Assembly: GCA_028534125.1 (NCBI GenBank) | Contig: CM052817.1 | Coordinates: 48,796,001-48,860,000 of the forward strand | Origin: Lama glama | Lineage: Eukaryota | Length of the DNA: 64,000 bases | Direction of reading: 5' to 3' | Part shown: piece by piece, positions 26,021 through 37,115 of the stretch | Layout of the letters: every line of letters begins with the position of its first letter | How positions within the stretch are numbered: position 1 is the first letter of the stretch | The notes under the pieces: model-generated | Told to the model about the DNA's origin: nothing | The model's input: only the letters and a program-made list of their open reading frames with translations | Database searches by the model: none | Program-made: the position numbers and the translations under genes

Positions 26021-29000
26021 CTGTTGCCGACATGTTGAAATGTGCTGCTGCAATGATTTATGGTGAGACAGAAACACTAGCACTGGCTGTAGGTGCTGTG
26101 GTTGTAGTAATGGGTGGTGGTTGTGTGCCAGTCAGCAGCAGACATGGTTTTGGTGGAGGCTATGTTGGTGGTGACTGTGGTTGTTGTGGGACTGATGGTT
26201 GTCGCTGGTGCAGAAGTAATCATGTTAGCTTCAGTGGTGGCTGCTGCTGCCATTGTGATGGCTGGAGGAGTGGAGGTTCCTTTAGGAGGTGGAGTGGTAG
26301 TATCTGTTACAGCTGTGGAAACCACAGAGGGTTCTGTGGATTCTGCAGGAGTCGTGGTAGCTACAGTACTTGTCACAGGAAGAGTAGTGTCATCGGCTGA
26401 GGTAGTAGTGACCTCACTGTCAGTGGCAGTGGTTTCACCTCCTGTGGTGGCTGGGTCCAATCCCGTGGTTAAAGCTTCAGAGCCTGTGGTCATGATGGAG
26501 AATGATGGAGTTGTAGTGGCCGCTGTGTAGCTAACGCCACCTACAGGTTCAAAAGTTTTATCATCCACTGCAGGTGTAGCTTCAGTGGTTGAAGAATCAG
26601 GTGCAGCAGTGGAGGCAAAAGTAACTGGGGTGGAATTGCCAGTATCTGGTACACCTGTACTGGTAACAGTTGTGGCACCCGAGGCTGACGGTGTGGTCAC
26701 ACTACTTGTGGAGGCTGCCACTGTTACAGTGGTGGCTGCTACAGGAATGGTGGTTGTAGCTGAAGCAGCTGTTGCGGTAGTAGCCACAAATAAGGTGCCA
26801 GCTTCTAAGGTTGTGAAGTCAGCTGAAGGGGTTGTGGCATCAGTGGGTGCAGTTGTCGCACCCTTGGCTGGAGTGGTGGCAGCTTCAGTGGTTGTGTTAT
26901 CTGCTGACTCAGTGGTGGCCTCACCCCCTGGAGCTGTAGCATTGGGGGTCTGGTTAATGGTTTCACCATTGGTGGTCAATGCACCAGATTCAGTAGTAGA
27001 GGGAGAAATACCTTGTGTGGTGGTGGCAGCACTTGGTGTGGTTGTGGTGGCATCAAAAGATGTGGCACGAGTGACTGAAGGTGTGTGGTAACACTTGTGG
27101 TGGCACCAACCCCTGGAGTTGTGGAGGTGGCTGTAGTTATAGTGGCAGTTCCTTCAGATACTGTGGTTGTTGCCAAAACAGTGGTACTTGCAGCTGGAGA
27201 TGTGGAGTCTACTGCTGAGGATGTAGCGTTAACTGTGGGGGTTGTGGCATCAGCAGGTACAGTTGTGACAGCTTTAGTGGTTGTGTCATCTGCTGGTCCA
27301 GTGGTAGCCTCTTCCCCTGGAATTGTAGCTACAGAAGGCTGGGTGGTGGTTTCTACCAGACTGGTCAACACATCAGGTTCAGCAGTAGGGGCTGAAGTAA
27401 TAGGGGTTGAAGTGGCAGCACCTGCTACAGTTGTGCCAACAGCTGCAGTTGTGTTACTGATGGCTGAAGTTGTGGCTGTACCTCTGGTGGTTGTATCTCG
27501 CCCTCAGGTTGAAGAGGCTGCTGCTGTTGTGAGGATTGTTCCTACCAGTGCTGGGGTTGAGGATTCAGCAGTTGTAGTAGCAGTGGGTGTGAAGTCTGTT
27601 TCCAAGGTTGTGGAGTCCATTGCACCAGTTGTGACTCCATCAAGTGAAGTTGTGGTGGCAGCTTTAGTTGTGTCATTGGCTGATTCTGTGGTTTCCTCAT
27701 TCACTGTGGCACTAGTTTCAGTGGTTGTGTCAATCACTGTGTCAGTGGTAGTCTCACCTGCTAGTGTGATGGTAGAACTTGATGTGGCTGTGGTGGCAGT
27801 CCCAAGTGCACTGGCAGTTGTAGAACTTGGTGTAACCGTGGTTGTGGGACCAGGAGCAACTGTGGTTGTGACAGAACCAGAAGCCATGCTAAAAGTTCCA
27901 GGTACTTTTGTGGTAGTAGCACCAACAGTTGTGGCAACACTGGATAATAATAAGGTAGCACCAGCACTGGTAGCACCAGCACTGGTAGCACCAGTCCCTA
28001 GGGTTGTGGAAGGTCTTAACAGTTGTGGCTTCAACACATGTGGAGGTTGTGGCTGCAGCAGTGGTGGCCACCATAGCAGGGGATGTGGTACCTGAGTTTG
28101 CCGAAGTTGTAGAGGCATCTTGAGTGGTGGAAACATCTGTCGGTGGGAGAGTGGTATCTTCTGCTGTGTTTGCTTCAGTCTCTGAGACCTCCATGGTTTA
28201 ATCAGGTGTAATGGTGGTGGAGGCAGAGGTTAAGAGGGTTGTGGCACTCGCTCCTGAGTTTATGGAGGTTGTAGAGCTAGAAGCAGTAGACTCTTGCCGT
28301 GTAGATGCCACTACAGGTGCCTCTGACGTCGTCACAGATGCTGATGCAGTTGTGGTGGAAACAGCACCAGCAGCAGCACCACTAACAGTTGCTGAGTTAG
28401 TGGTTGATGCTACTCGGGCTGTAGTAGCAGCCATTGAGGACAAGGTTTCAGGTATTCTGGTGGTTGCTTCTGATCCCTTAGTTGCAGGGATTGGGCCTTC
28501 AGTTGTAATGCCTTCAGGGCCCGTTGGCCTTTTTTGGAGGTTTTGGTTTATGACAGGGTGGCTTGTGAGGTTGGTGATGCTGCTGCTGATGTGCCTGGGA
28601 ATGCGGGGCCCTTGGCCACGGTCCTGGTGGAAGTGGACAGAATTGATGAACCTTCAGTGGGCACTTATGTGGTTGATTTTGTTGTGGGTAAGGAAGTTTG
28701 GTATGATGAACTTTAGATGAAGGATGTAATAGAAGTGGTTTTGTGACTTTGCTATGTGGGCATTTTTTCCATGCAACCTGAATTTTGGGTTTAGATGGTT
28801 TAGATGGACCTTTAGATTTAGATGGTCCTTTTGGTTTAGATGGTTTCAACCATCTTTTGGTAAGTGTAGATTTCCTTTTTTTAGATTGTTTTATAGTTTT
28901 GCTTGCTAAGGGAGATGGTCTTTTCTTTCCTTGAAGAGATTTAAGCTGATTTGCACCTTTCTTAGGAGGTTTGGATGGTCTCTTTCTGTATTTACTTGTT

Positions 29001-30445
29001 CTTTTCTTTGCTGTTTGAGTTATGGGCTGTCTATTTTTAGATGGTTTTATAGATTTACTCTTGGAAAGAACTGTTTTTGTAGTCTTTTTGCCTGTTGTGG
29101 GCTGTTTCTGTGTAGACTTTTTGGGAATTTTCTTCTTAGCTAGAGATCTTTCTGGTCCTGCTGGAGCAGATTTAGACTGTTTTTTGGCAACTGGTTTAAA
29201 TTTTGTTAGGTTTTTCTTTTTGGCCAGAGTTTTTTTGAGAGCTGGAGATTTGCGTTCTTTTGCTTGATTTGAATGCTTCCTGGCAGTTTTAGGCAAGGAG
29301 CTTTCAGATTTACGTGGTCTTTTCTTTGAGGCTGTTTGTGTTTTTAGTACTGATTTAGTGTGTTAGGCTGATTCACCTGTTTCTTGGCAGGTGCAGTAAA
29401 GGTTCTCTTGGCTATAGAGGTTTTCCTTTTTGTTGCAACTTCTTTAGGCTGATTGAGCCTTTTCTTGGCAGATGCAGATGCTGCCTTTTTAGATTTAGTT
29501 AGATTTTTCTTTCTGGCTTTAGGAGCTGATCTTGTTGCTGTTGTCCTCTTAGTTGCCCTTTATTTTGACTGAAGTTAATTGTTTATTTTTTTGTTTCTTT
29601 AGAATTTTCTTTTTGGCCACACTTTTTTTGGGGACTGTTCTAACTTCTTTTGCCTGCTTCTGGTTTTTCCTGGCAGATGAATACAGAGTTTTGTGAGATT
29701 TACTTGGTCTTTTCTTTGAGGTTGGAGAAGTTTGCAGGGAAGCTTTTATTGCTGCAGACTTAGATGATTGTTTCTTGGATAATACAGACAAGGCTTTAGA
29801 TTTCTTATTAGGTAGAGATGTTTTTGAAGCTGTTCCAATTGTGGGTTGTTTTAACTGTTTCTTAGCAGGTATAGACTGGATTTTCTTGGATTTTTGTAGA
29901 CTTTTCTTCCTAGCTGAAGTTCTTTTTGAAGCAGCCTTAGCCATTCTTGGGAGATTCAGCTGCTTCTTGCTAGAAGTGGACAGGCATTTTTCAGATGCAC
30001 TTCGGCTTTTCTTATGGCTGAGGATGACTTTGGTGCGGCTGCAGTCTGTTTTGACTGTTTCTTGGCAGTTGTTTTTTGACGTTTTTTAGGCTGTTTGAGA
30101 GTTTTGCTTGCCTTCAGTGGAATATTTCGTCTTGTTAGACCAGATGAATGGGGGATCAACCCTCTTGGCAGAGGTCAATGTACTTTTCTTAGGCTTGCCT
30201 TGTAGATTTTGTCTTTGTGATGGCTTTTCCTTTTTGCTTGATGTCCTCAGATTTGGAGGTAATTGGCTGGCTGCTTTGTTAGATGGTATAGGTCTGGCAG
30301 AGGCATGAGAAAGGGCTTGAGGTTTCCTAATGACCTGGGTCGATGAAGATCTGCTTTGTGATGCCCTGGCAGGGGAGCTTAGCGCTGGTCGACTATTGAC
30401 TGTCTTTCCTGTTGCTCGATGCTGTGGTTGCTGACTCTCACTGAA
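26021..30445 (-). pseudogene. Pseudogene B large exon (4.4 kb): MUC7-like secreted mucin with a Lys-rich basic domain (~30445-28770), a His/Pro/Cys segment (~28770-28515) and a Thr/Ala-rich mucin domain (~28515-26080)
   Basis: Acceptor ttttcttttctctccccctgcag|TTC AGT GAG (FSES..., compare MUC7's large exon starting FSEG), phase 0. The first frame stops at ~30087 and the exon continues through ORFs 29956-30159, 29549-29944, 28514-29296, 28198-28443, 27889-28194, 27504-28136, 26976-27371 and 26077-26979, joined by frameshifts and an in-frame TAA at 28198-28200. Donor caacag|gtaaat at 26021. Confidence 0.85.
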
Positions 30446-31893
30446 CTGCAGGGGGAGAGAAAAGAAAATATTACCAAATCAAACAATCAGTCAATTATTG
30501 TTTTGTATTCTCATTTTAATTTCAGAAACTAGTCTACTTTTAAGGCTAGGAGGTGTTTTGGTTTTGAGTGTCAGACAAATTTAGAATAAATTGCACTATA
30601 GATTTAAAATAACAAGGCACAATATGTGGATGATTAGAGAAGGTACCTGGGTATGACTTTCAATGCTTAGTGTATTTACTTAGAAAATCCAGGAAAACCC
30701 AACCAAATGTAGAAATAAAATTTGGGGAAATCCAATTAGTTGATTATGTAAAATACTACCACTAAATTTCTGACAACTTGTTTTTCCCCTAAAAACTGCA
30801 GAGTAAAATCATTGTCATGTCCTTTAGGAATTAATGAAAAAAATCACGGAGACAACTATGTTACATGAATATCAATGAAAACGTTATAGCTAAACTCCAG
30901 TTTAGAAATTATGTAAAGGAGAAATATTTGGTGTTGAATTCAGAAAGTTGGATATTAAAAAATATAACAAAAAGCTATTTCTCTTGCTTATAAAAACTTT
31001 GAGGGACTGAATACTGTGGGAACAATTTTGCAAGGAAATAATAATGATGGCAGAAAAGGAAAGGATCCTTGGAATGAAACATGGTCGGTTAAACCGAATT
31101 GAACAGACACTTGAAGATCACATATAGTTCTAAAAATAGTGGATACTGTGCTCTCTGATCAAATGGAGATATAAGGAACTAGTGAATAGCATGTAATTGA
31201 ATCACAAGAGCAGAAGGCAAGAGGTATAAAAGAAAAGCAAAAGGCCATAAAATTCAAGAGACCCAGGCTCTTGTACATTAAAAACTTATTTGTACAAGTT
31301 ATGTTCCAGATAAGTCAAATATGTGAAATACAGTTGTTTATTTTAGATGTTAATAAAAGAGACCCTCTTACCATCTTCCTTTTTGTAGTTATATCTTAAG
31401 TGGAGGAACATATTACAGCTTTTGATGATGAGAATGTGATAATAGACCCAGAGGTTGGGTGAAAAACAAACTTGGGAGGGGAATCTCCTTAAAATGTAGG
31501 TGGTGGGTAGACATGGACCTTAAAGAGAAGTGGGAGTCTGGGTGATTTCTTTGCAAGTCTAGTTCTATTCCTCCCAATTTATGTGGAGAGTTCTCACACT
31601 TTACCGTCCTCAATTAATAGCCATGCCTCTGCTCTCTCTCCCTCTTTTTCTCTCTTCATTTCCCTCCCACACTTCCCCGTGCTTCGCCCCTTCTCCTCAG
31701 ATTCCAAGTGATTTTGAATAGGCGTATTTCCATGGATATTAGAAAAAGAGGGTAATTATTTCTGTTTCTTTCCATCTCATGTGACTCTGTCCTGTTTTTA
31801 AAAACACATAATCTCACTGTGACCTCCATCTCAGTGTTATATAGCTTTCAATTTTAGGTAGTTCTTCTAGTTTTCAAGTATATAGAATCTTAC

Positions 31894-31963
31894 CGGAAAA
31901 CAAATGGCAAAGACCAGGATAAACCCAATCAGGATTACAGTCTTCAACTTGTCCGTTTAACCC
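31894..31963 (-). pseudogene. Pseudogene B exon 2: 70-nt signal-peptide exon with TTG in place of the start ATG
   Basis: tttctttatgtatag| then 16 nt UTR, then TTG AAG ACT GTA ATC CTG ATT GGG TTT ATC CTG GTC TTT GCC ATT TGT TTT CCG|gtaaga. Reads (L)KTVILIGFILVFAICFP, 18 codons, phase 0, like the MUC7/PROL1/SMR3 leaders (MUC7 MKTLPLFVCICALSACFS). Confidence 0.85.
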
Positions 31964-32699
31964 CTATACATAAAGAAACAAGAGGAAGGAATTTTTATGT
32001 GCTTGACAATGAGGGAATGAGTTTTATCAAACTGCCTAGTAACACAAAACTAAAGTTTTAGTAGCAATTTTGATAATAAAGAAAAAAATTCTTTTCCTAA
32101 AGTTGAACTGAAAATGTGGATGTAAAATTAAAAGATGCATATATATATATATATATTTTTTTGAAGATACCATTATTATTTGAAACCACTAAAATTAGGT
32201 TTTTCCATTTGGTTTGTTAGTGAAACTATTATTAAAAAAATTCTCACTTTCATTTTCCAGAAAGAATTATAATGATTAAGAAATTCCTCGCCAATGTGTT
32301 GAGTGTATGCAAAATAATATTGATCAGTTGTTGAGAGAAGTATAGGAACTTGGGAAGAAAACACAGGAGGTGGGAAAAAATCAAGAATACCAAAAAAATA
32401 AGGTAGATGATTAAAGTTCCAGTAGAATAGAACAGTCAATAACATTATTTTTGGTGACTTGTGTACATAAAGTTGATTTTTCTCCACCTTGAAAGAGCTC
32501 AGCTCTCATGAATGCCCTTTTCTAATCTTAAAATATCCACATATAACTGTAAATATGATTCCTCTGAAAACTACTTCTCAAAGTACAAAATATATTGAGC
32601 CCATTCAAAAAGAAGTTAGTGTGTCTGTATAATTAAGGTTGAATACTTTTGAAATTCCCATTGACTGCTGTTCAAAAAAACCTTTATGAACAGATACTT

Positions 32700-33660
32700 C
32701 AGAGAAGAAGAAACCTAAAAAGCTAATAAATATAAAAAAGGTACCAAAACTCACTGGTAAAGAGGGAATTACAAATTGAAAGAATGAGTCACCCATTCTA
32801 TATCCATGATATCAGTGAAATTTAGAAGACAATAGTAGGTATGAGGGAGAATCTGGAGAGACTGGAGCCTCTCATATATTGATGCTGAGAGTTACATGAC
32901 AATTTTACAGAGAAATTAGTACTACCCAGGGAAACCAAAGACATCCTTACCACTTCTACATGTTTATAATCTAAATAAACTCTCATCCATGTACACAAGA
33001 AAATGTGCATAAAAGGATGTTTACTGAGAATCATTTGTAATAGAAAAAAATTAGAAACATCCTAATTGCTCATTAGTAGGTTAATGAATATGCTGGTGTT
33101 TACTCACTAATGAAACAGTATACAGATGTTTAAAATTAACTATTTGTGCTACATGTAGGAATATGCACGATGCGTGAAAAAATAAGTTGCAAATAGACAC
33201 ACACACATACATGGTGGGGGAGAAAGGGAGGGACAAGCTATTCTATACTATCACTACATGTCTATGTGTCCATAAACAACATAGCTTTTTTTGTTTGTTT
33301 TTCACTACTTACATATGTATCCATCAATGATAAACAATATATTTTTGTTTTGTTAAACAAAACAAATATATGATATATTGTTTATGAATATATAAATGTT
33401 TATGTATAAAAACATACTACAGAAATGATATACACCAATTATAGGAAATTGATTAATTAAATAAGGAAGAAAGAAAAAGAAAAGGGGGAGGGATTTCGTA
33501 TCTAATATTTCTTTAAGAAAAACGGGTATAGAGCTCTCTGAAGCATATATGGTATAAGCTTAACATTTGTTAAATGCATGCCTGATAACATATTTTCTAT
33601 GCTTTTCTGTAAGTTTGAAAATTTTCATAATAAAAACTTCTATTTTGAAAAATGCATTAA
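32700..33660 (+). mobile_element. Old L1 (L1MC/L1ME-like) 3' fragments
   Basis: aaggatgtttactgagaatcatttgtaatagaaaaaaattagaaacatcctaattgctcattagtagg resembles the L1 ORF2 3' end; tail gtaagtttgaaaattttcataataaaaa. Confidence 0.6.
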
Positions 33661-33710
33661 AATATATAGCAACAACTACAAAAAAAAAATTCCTCATCTC
33701 CCTGTGAGCG

Positions 33711-33734
33711 CACACACACACACACACACACACA
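33711..33734. repeat. (CA)n microsatellite
   Basis: About 12 CA units. Confidence 0.9.
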
Positions 33735-34448
33735 TCCTACTTCTCCTTCCCTTCCCAGCTCCCATAATAATTTAGGAAAATTGTAGGAGCTGTGGCTCAA
33801 AGAGAGTTCTAGGAATAGTGCTGTTAAGTTGAGAGGTCAGCTTCATGGAACTCAGCTCCTGTATGTCTGATGGGTAACATAGTGCTGTATGTATTATTGT
33901 GTTTCAAGGACAGTTTCCAGAAAATCGTGAGATTCTATAATGCTATTTGGCTTTTGCTCTCCTACTCCCTCCAATATATAGTTTCTGGGCTATAGGATTT
34001 TATACCTGTTCTGAAAATACTTTATGAACATCATTAGGTACTTCTCCTGTTGATAAATGATTTTCAGATGAGGTAAACGTAGTTAAAGGTCTTGAATGAT
34101 GAAATCTATTTCTGACCTATATTAATCTAATTTTGAAGAACACTATGTTGTTCTTCCTAATATAAGACAGTTGTGTGCATGGAGAGTGTATGATATGTCT
34201 GTGATGCCAGATTATTAAGATAAATATACAGAAGAAAAAGATTTCTGATACTAGAATTTTGTGAAAGGAAAATGGAAAATACAGACAGACTGTACTATCT
34301 GAGGAATTATCTTAAGGAAGTTCAATAAAAATGAGCTGGTCTCTAGTAGCATGTGGCATGTGAGAATGATTGTGGGACCCTTAGCTTACTGGCCATCAGT
34401 GCCAACAGATCAACTTTTAGAATTTTTTTAAATTGTAAACAAGTCATC

Positions 34449-34660
34449 TTTTTATTTTTTTGAAGTATAGTCGATTTACAATGTTGTGTTAATTTCTGCA
34501 TGGTGATCCATTTATATATACACGTATATATTCCTTTTCATACTTTGTTTTGTTATAGGCCATTACAAGGTATTGAATACAGTTCCCTGTGCTATGCAGT
34601 AGGACCTTGTTTGTTTGTTTTTTGCAGTAGGACCTTGTTGTTTATTTTATATATAGTTAG
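34449..34660 (-). mobile_element. Short, younger artiodactyl-type L1 3' end
   Basis: ttttattttttgaagtatagtcgatttacaatgttgtgttaatttctgc...attgaatacagttccctgtgctatgcagtaggaccttgtt, with an internal duplication of tgcagtaggaccttgtt. Confidence 0.75.
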
Positions 34661-35830
34661 TATCTACAAATCTGTCAGACTGTGCAACCATTTGGTGTTT
34701 CAGTTTGAGCCTGAATTGAATCAGTTTATGTCATTGTCTTTCCCAATAAAACATTCCATCCAAGTATTCCCCTTTTCAGTGAATGGCACATTATTCACCC
34801 AGTTGTTAGTGTAAGCCAGAATCCTAAATCAATCTTGACTCCCCTTTCATTCTCCCATGTCTATCAATCACTAAATCCTCCCTTTATTTTACTTCTTAGA
34901 CAGTGTTTTGAATCAGTTCACCTGTCTTCATCTTCACCAACAGTATCCTATCCAAGTTAGTACCATGTTTTACTTGGGCCTCTCAGCTCAGCACACAGTT
35001 AGTGATTTCCCATTATGTAATACACATTGTTCTAGGAGGTGGGGACAGAGGGAAGAGCAGTACAATGCTCCTGACCCCCTGGAATTTTCATGATCACAAA
35101 AGCAGTCTCTTAACTGAGCCACAGCCCTGCTTTTAATTAAGTCAACATAATTTTTTATGAAGTACAAATCTGATTGCTCTAGTTCCCTGGTTGAAACCTT
35201 TCATTGGTTTCCCATTGTTCTTTATCCTAAAGAAAAAACATTCTTCAACTGACTTATAAGGTCCTTTGCAGCTCACTTCTCACTGTTCTTCAGTCACATC
35301 TTTCTTGGTCTCACTCTGTGTATGTGTGTGTGTGTTTGTGTGTGTGTGTGTATTGCTTATGATACTCCTTTCTTCCTCGAAGGCCTTTACATATTCTATT
35401 ACACAGTCCACAGCAATAAGGGTTTTGATTCCATCTAGAAATTGGAGTAACCCAGTCTTACCTAGTTCTTATCTTACAGGGTGGAATTCTGTCTAGTGTT
35501 TGAACATGAGTCCTTCCTTCTTCTTTTGGCTTTTGTGAAGCCACCTTACCCTGGCTTTCTTTATACTTATCTGAAGTTCCTTTTTAGGTTCATTCATGGA
35601 TTTTCTTTCTTCCTTACCCACATTTGGGTTCTGGCATCAGTCCTATCTTTTCCTCACTCAGTTGCAATGGCCTGTGTGAGTTTCTGCAGCCACTTGGAAA
35701 CAGCCTCCATCTATACACTGACGTCTAAGCTTATTGATCAAAACTTATATCTCTTGAACATCTCCGTTTGGTTGTACCATTGCACCTTTAATATAGCCTA
35801 TCCAAAACTGAACTAATTCATTAGTGCTCC
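34660..35830 (+). mobile_element. L2 fragments (with a (TG)n tract at ~35317-35351)
   Basis: tcagtgaatggcacattattcacccagttgttagtgtaagccagaatcct..cttgactcc and aatatagcctatccaaaactgaact are L2-like. Confidence 0.6.
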
Positions 35831-35931
35831 CTAGCCACTTCTTGATTTAAAAAGTAGGCATTAGTTAAAACAGAAAAGAAGAATCTGGAGTAAGAGTGCT
35901 CTAGAAGCGCTGGCATTATCCACACAGTTAC

Positions 35932-36025
35932 CTTTCAGAGGGGTGTCTCTTTTGGATCTTGGTCAGGGCTTGCTTCTTCTTGATCCAGCCAGTGCCTCTA
36001 AGACTTGATGCCTGCAGGTGTAAAC
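35932..36025 (-). other. Pseudogene B candidate non-coding exon 1 (5' end approximate)
   Basis: Ends ...gatcaagaagaagcaagccctgaccaagatccaaaagagacacccctctgaaag|gtaact. Alignable by eye to the candidate exon 1 of pseudogene C (58550-58635). Confidence 0.6.
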
Positions 36026-36048
36026 AGAACTGATTGAGTGATTCTTCC

Positions 36049-36057
36049 ATATAATAA
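36049..36057 (-). promoter_or_regulatory. TATA-like box of pseudogene B
   Basis: TTATTATAT about 120 nt upstream of the exon-1 donor, the same spacing as in pseudogene C. Confidence 0.45.
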
Positions 36058-36879
36058 GGCAACTATGCCTTCCCTTTGTACTGCCTACTTTTCGCCTATT
36101 AGTTCTTGTAGAGAGTAGGGGCTAGGAAAAAAAATTGCGTATGTAGTACCATTTCAGTTTAATCTTGAAACATTTGCCCTTTGGATTTTTTTGTCCCAGC
36201 ATTGAGAACTCTACCTTATATCTTACTTAGAAGGGGTAATGATAAACTCTGATAGTTGACAAAATTCATAAGTTAAAACTACAGCTTCTATGTATATCAC
36301 CCATTCTAAGAAAACTATGTATCAGTTTCTTATTTGTAATTATGAAATGATTTATATATTAAGTGTTTCCAAATTTTTAGAATTTGATCAATTTCACTTT
36401 TTGCTATTTGCTTCAATATTCCAAAGTTTTATAGAAATAGAGATAAATGTCTGAAAAAATATAATAAAAGGATATAAATAATCTTGCCTCCATTGAGTTA
36501 GAACACATTTAAGCATATAAACTCAAAGTGTCAACATTACAGAGATCTGTGAAATGTCTATCCCACTACACACCCATTCCCTTTCCTTGCAACCCTTATA
36601 ACTTAGAATCCCCCCAATTTTAAGAGAACACATTCAATTACCTAGTAATCTTCTTTCTGAATACTTTTTCAATTGCTGTGATTATGCATGAGAAATATAA
36701 TTTTCATTTGTCATACTTGTTTTTATTAATTTTATACTGATTTATTTACCATTTTTACATATTCATCTATGTTGAAACACATACCAGAACCAATGGCAAA
36801 TGAGCTGCTTCTGAACAAATACAGCTGTGAGAAATCACCAGTGTATTTGAGAAAAAATTGCACAAACATTCTAAAGGCA

Positions 36880-37115
36880 ATTCTAGAATGGTAAAAAGAG
36901 CACAAAACCTGGAATCACAGGCCTAGATTTAACTCCTGGCTCTGTCATTTTATTACTGTGTGACCTGGGTAAACTTATTTGTAAACGCCATTTTCTCATC
37001 TGTAAGTTGAGAATCATTCCTGTTTTATTTATTTTATTATAAGTGAGTTCATATTAGAATTAAATTAGAATATTCATTTACTTTGTGAACTCTGTAGCTC
37101 TGTGTGACAATATTG
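36880..37115 (+). mobile_element. MIR SINE
   Basis: tagaatggtaaaaagagcacaaaacctggaatcacaggcctagatttaactcctggctctgtcatt...tgtgtgacctgggtaaacttattt...ttttctcatctgtaagttgag is the MIR core. Confidence 0.8.

Noticed and set aside
25951..28720. Long plus-strand Val/Ala/Gly/Cys-rich ORFs (e.g. 27085-28095, 26585-27091, 25951-26400)
   Set aside because: They are antisense mirrors of ACN-rich (Thr) codons on the minus strand. The splice sites, leaders and known genes are all on the minus strand.
28514..29944. Histone H1 or sperm basic nuclear protein (retro)gene
   Set aside because: No globular winged-helix domain, poly(A) tail or target-site duplication. The Lys-rich stretch is continuous with a splice acceptor and a mucin domain.
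26021..31963. Calling gene B (or C) MUC7 itself
   Set aside because: Wrong side of CABS1 relative to known synteny, two paralogues are present, and the long basic domain is absent from MUC7. Only family-level similarity is supported.
33807..36312. STAT5 GAS motifs TTCTAGGAA (33807-33815) and TTCTAAGAA (36304-36312; also 63212-63220)
   Set aside because: TTCNNNGAA is expected many times by chance in 64 kb of AT-rich DNA, and there is no clustering or conservation evidence.
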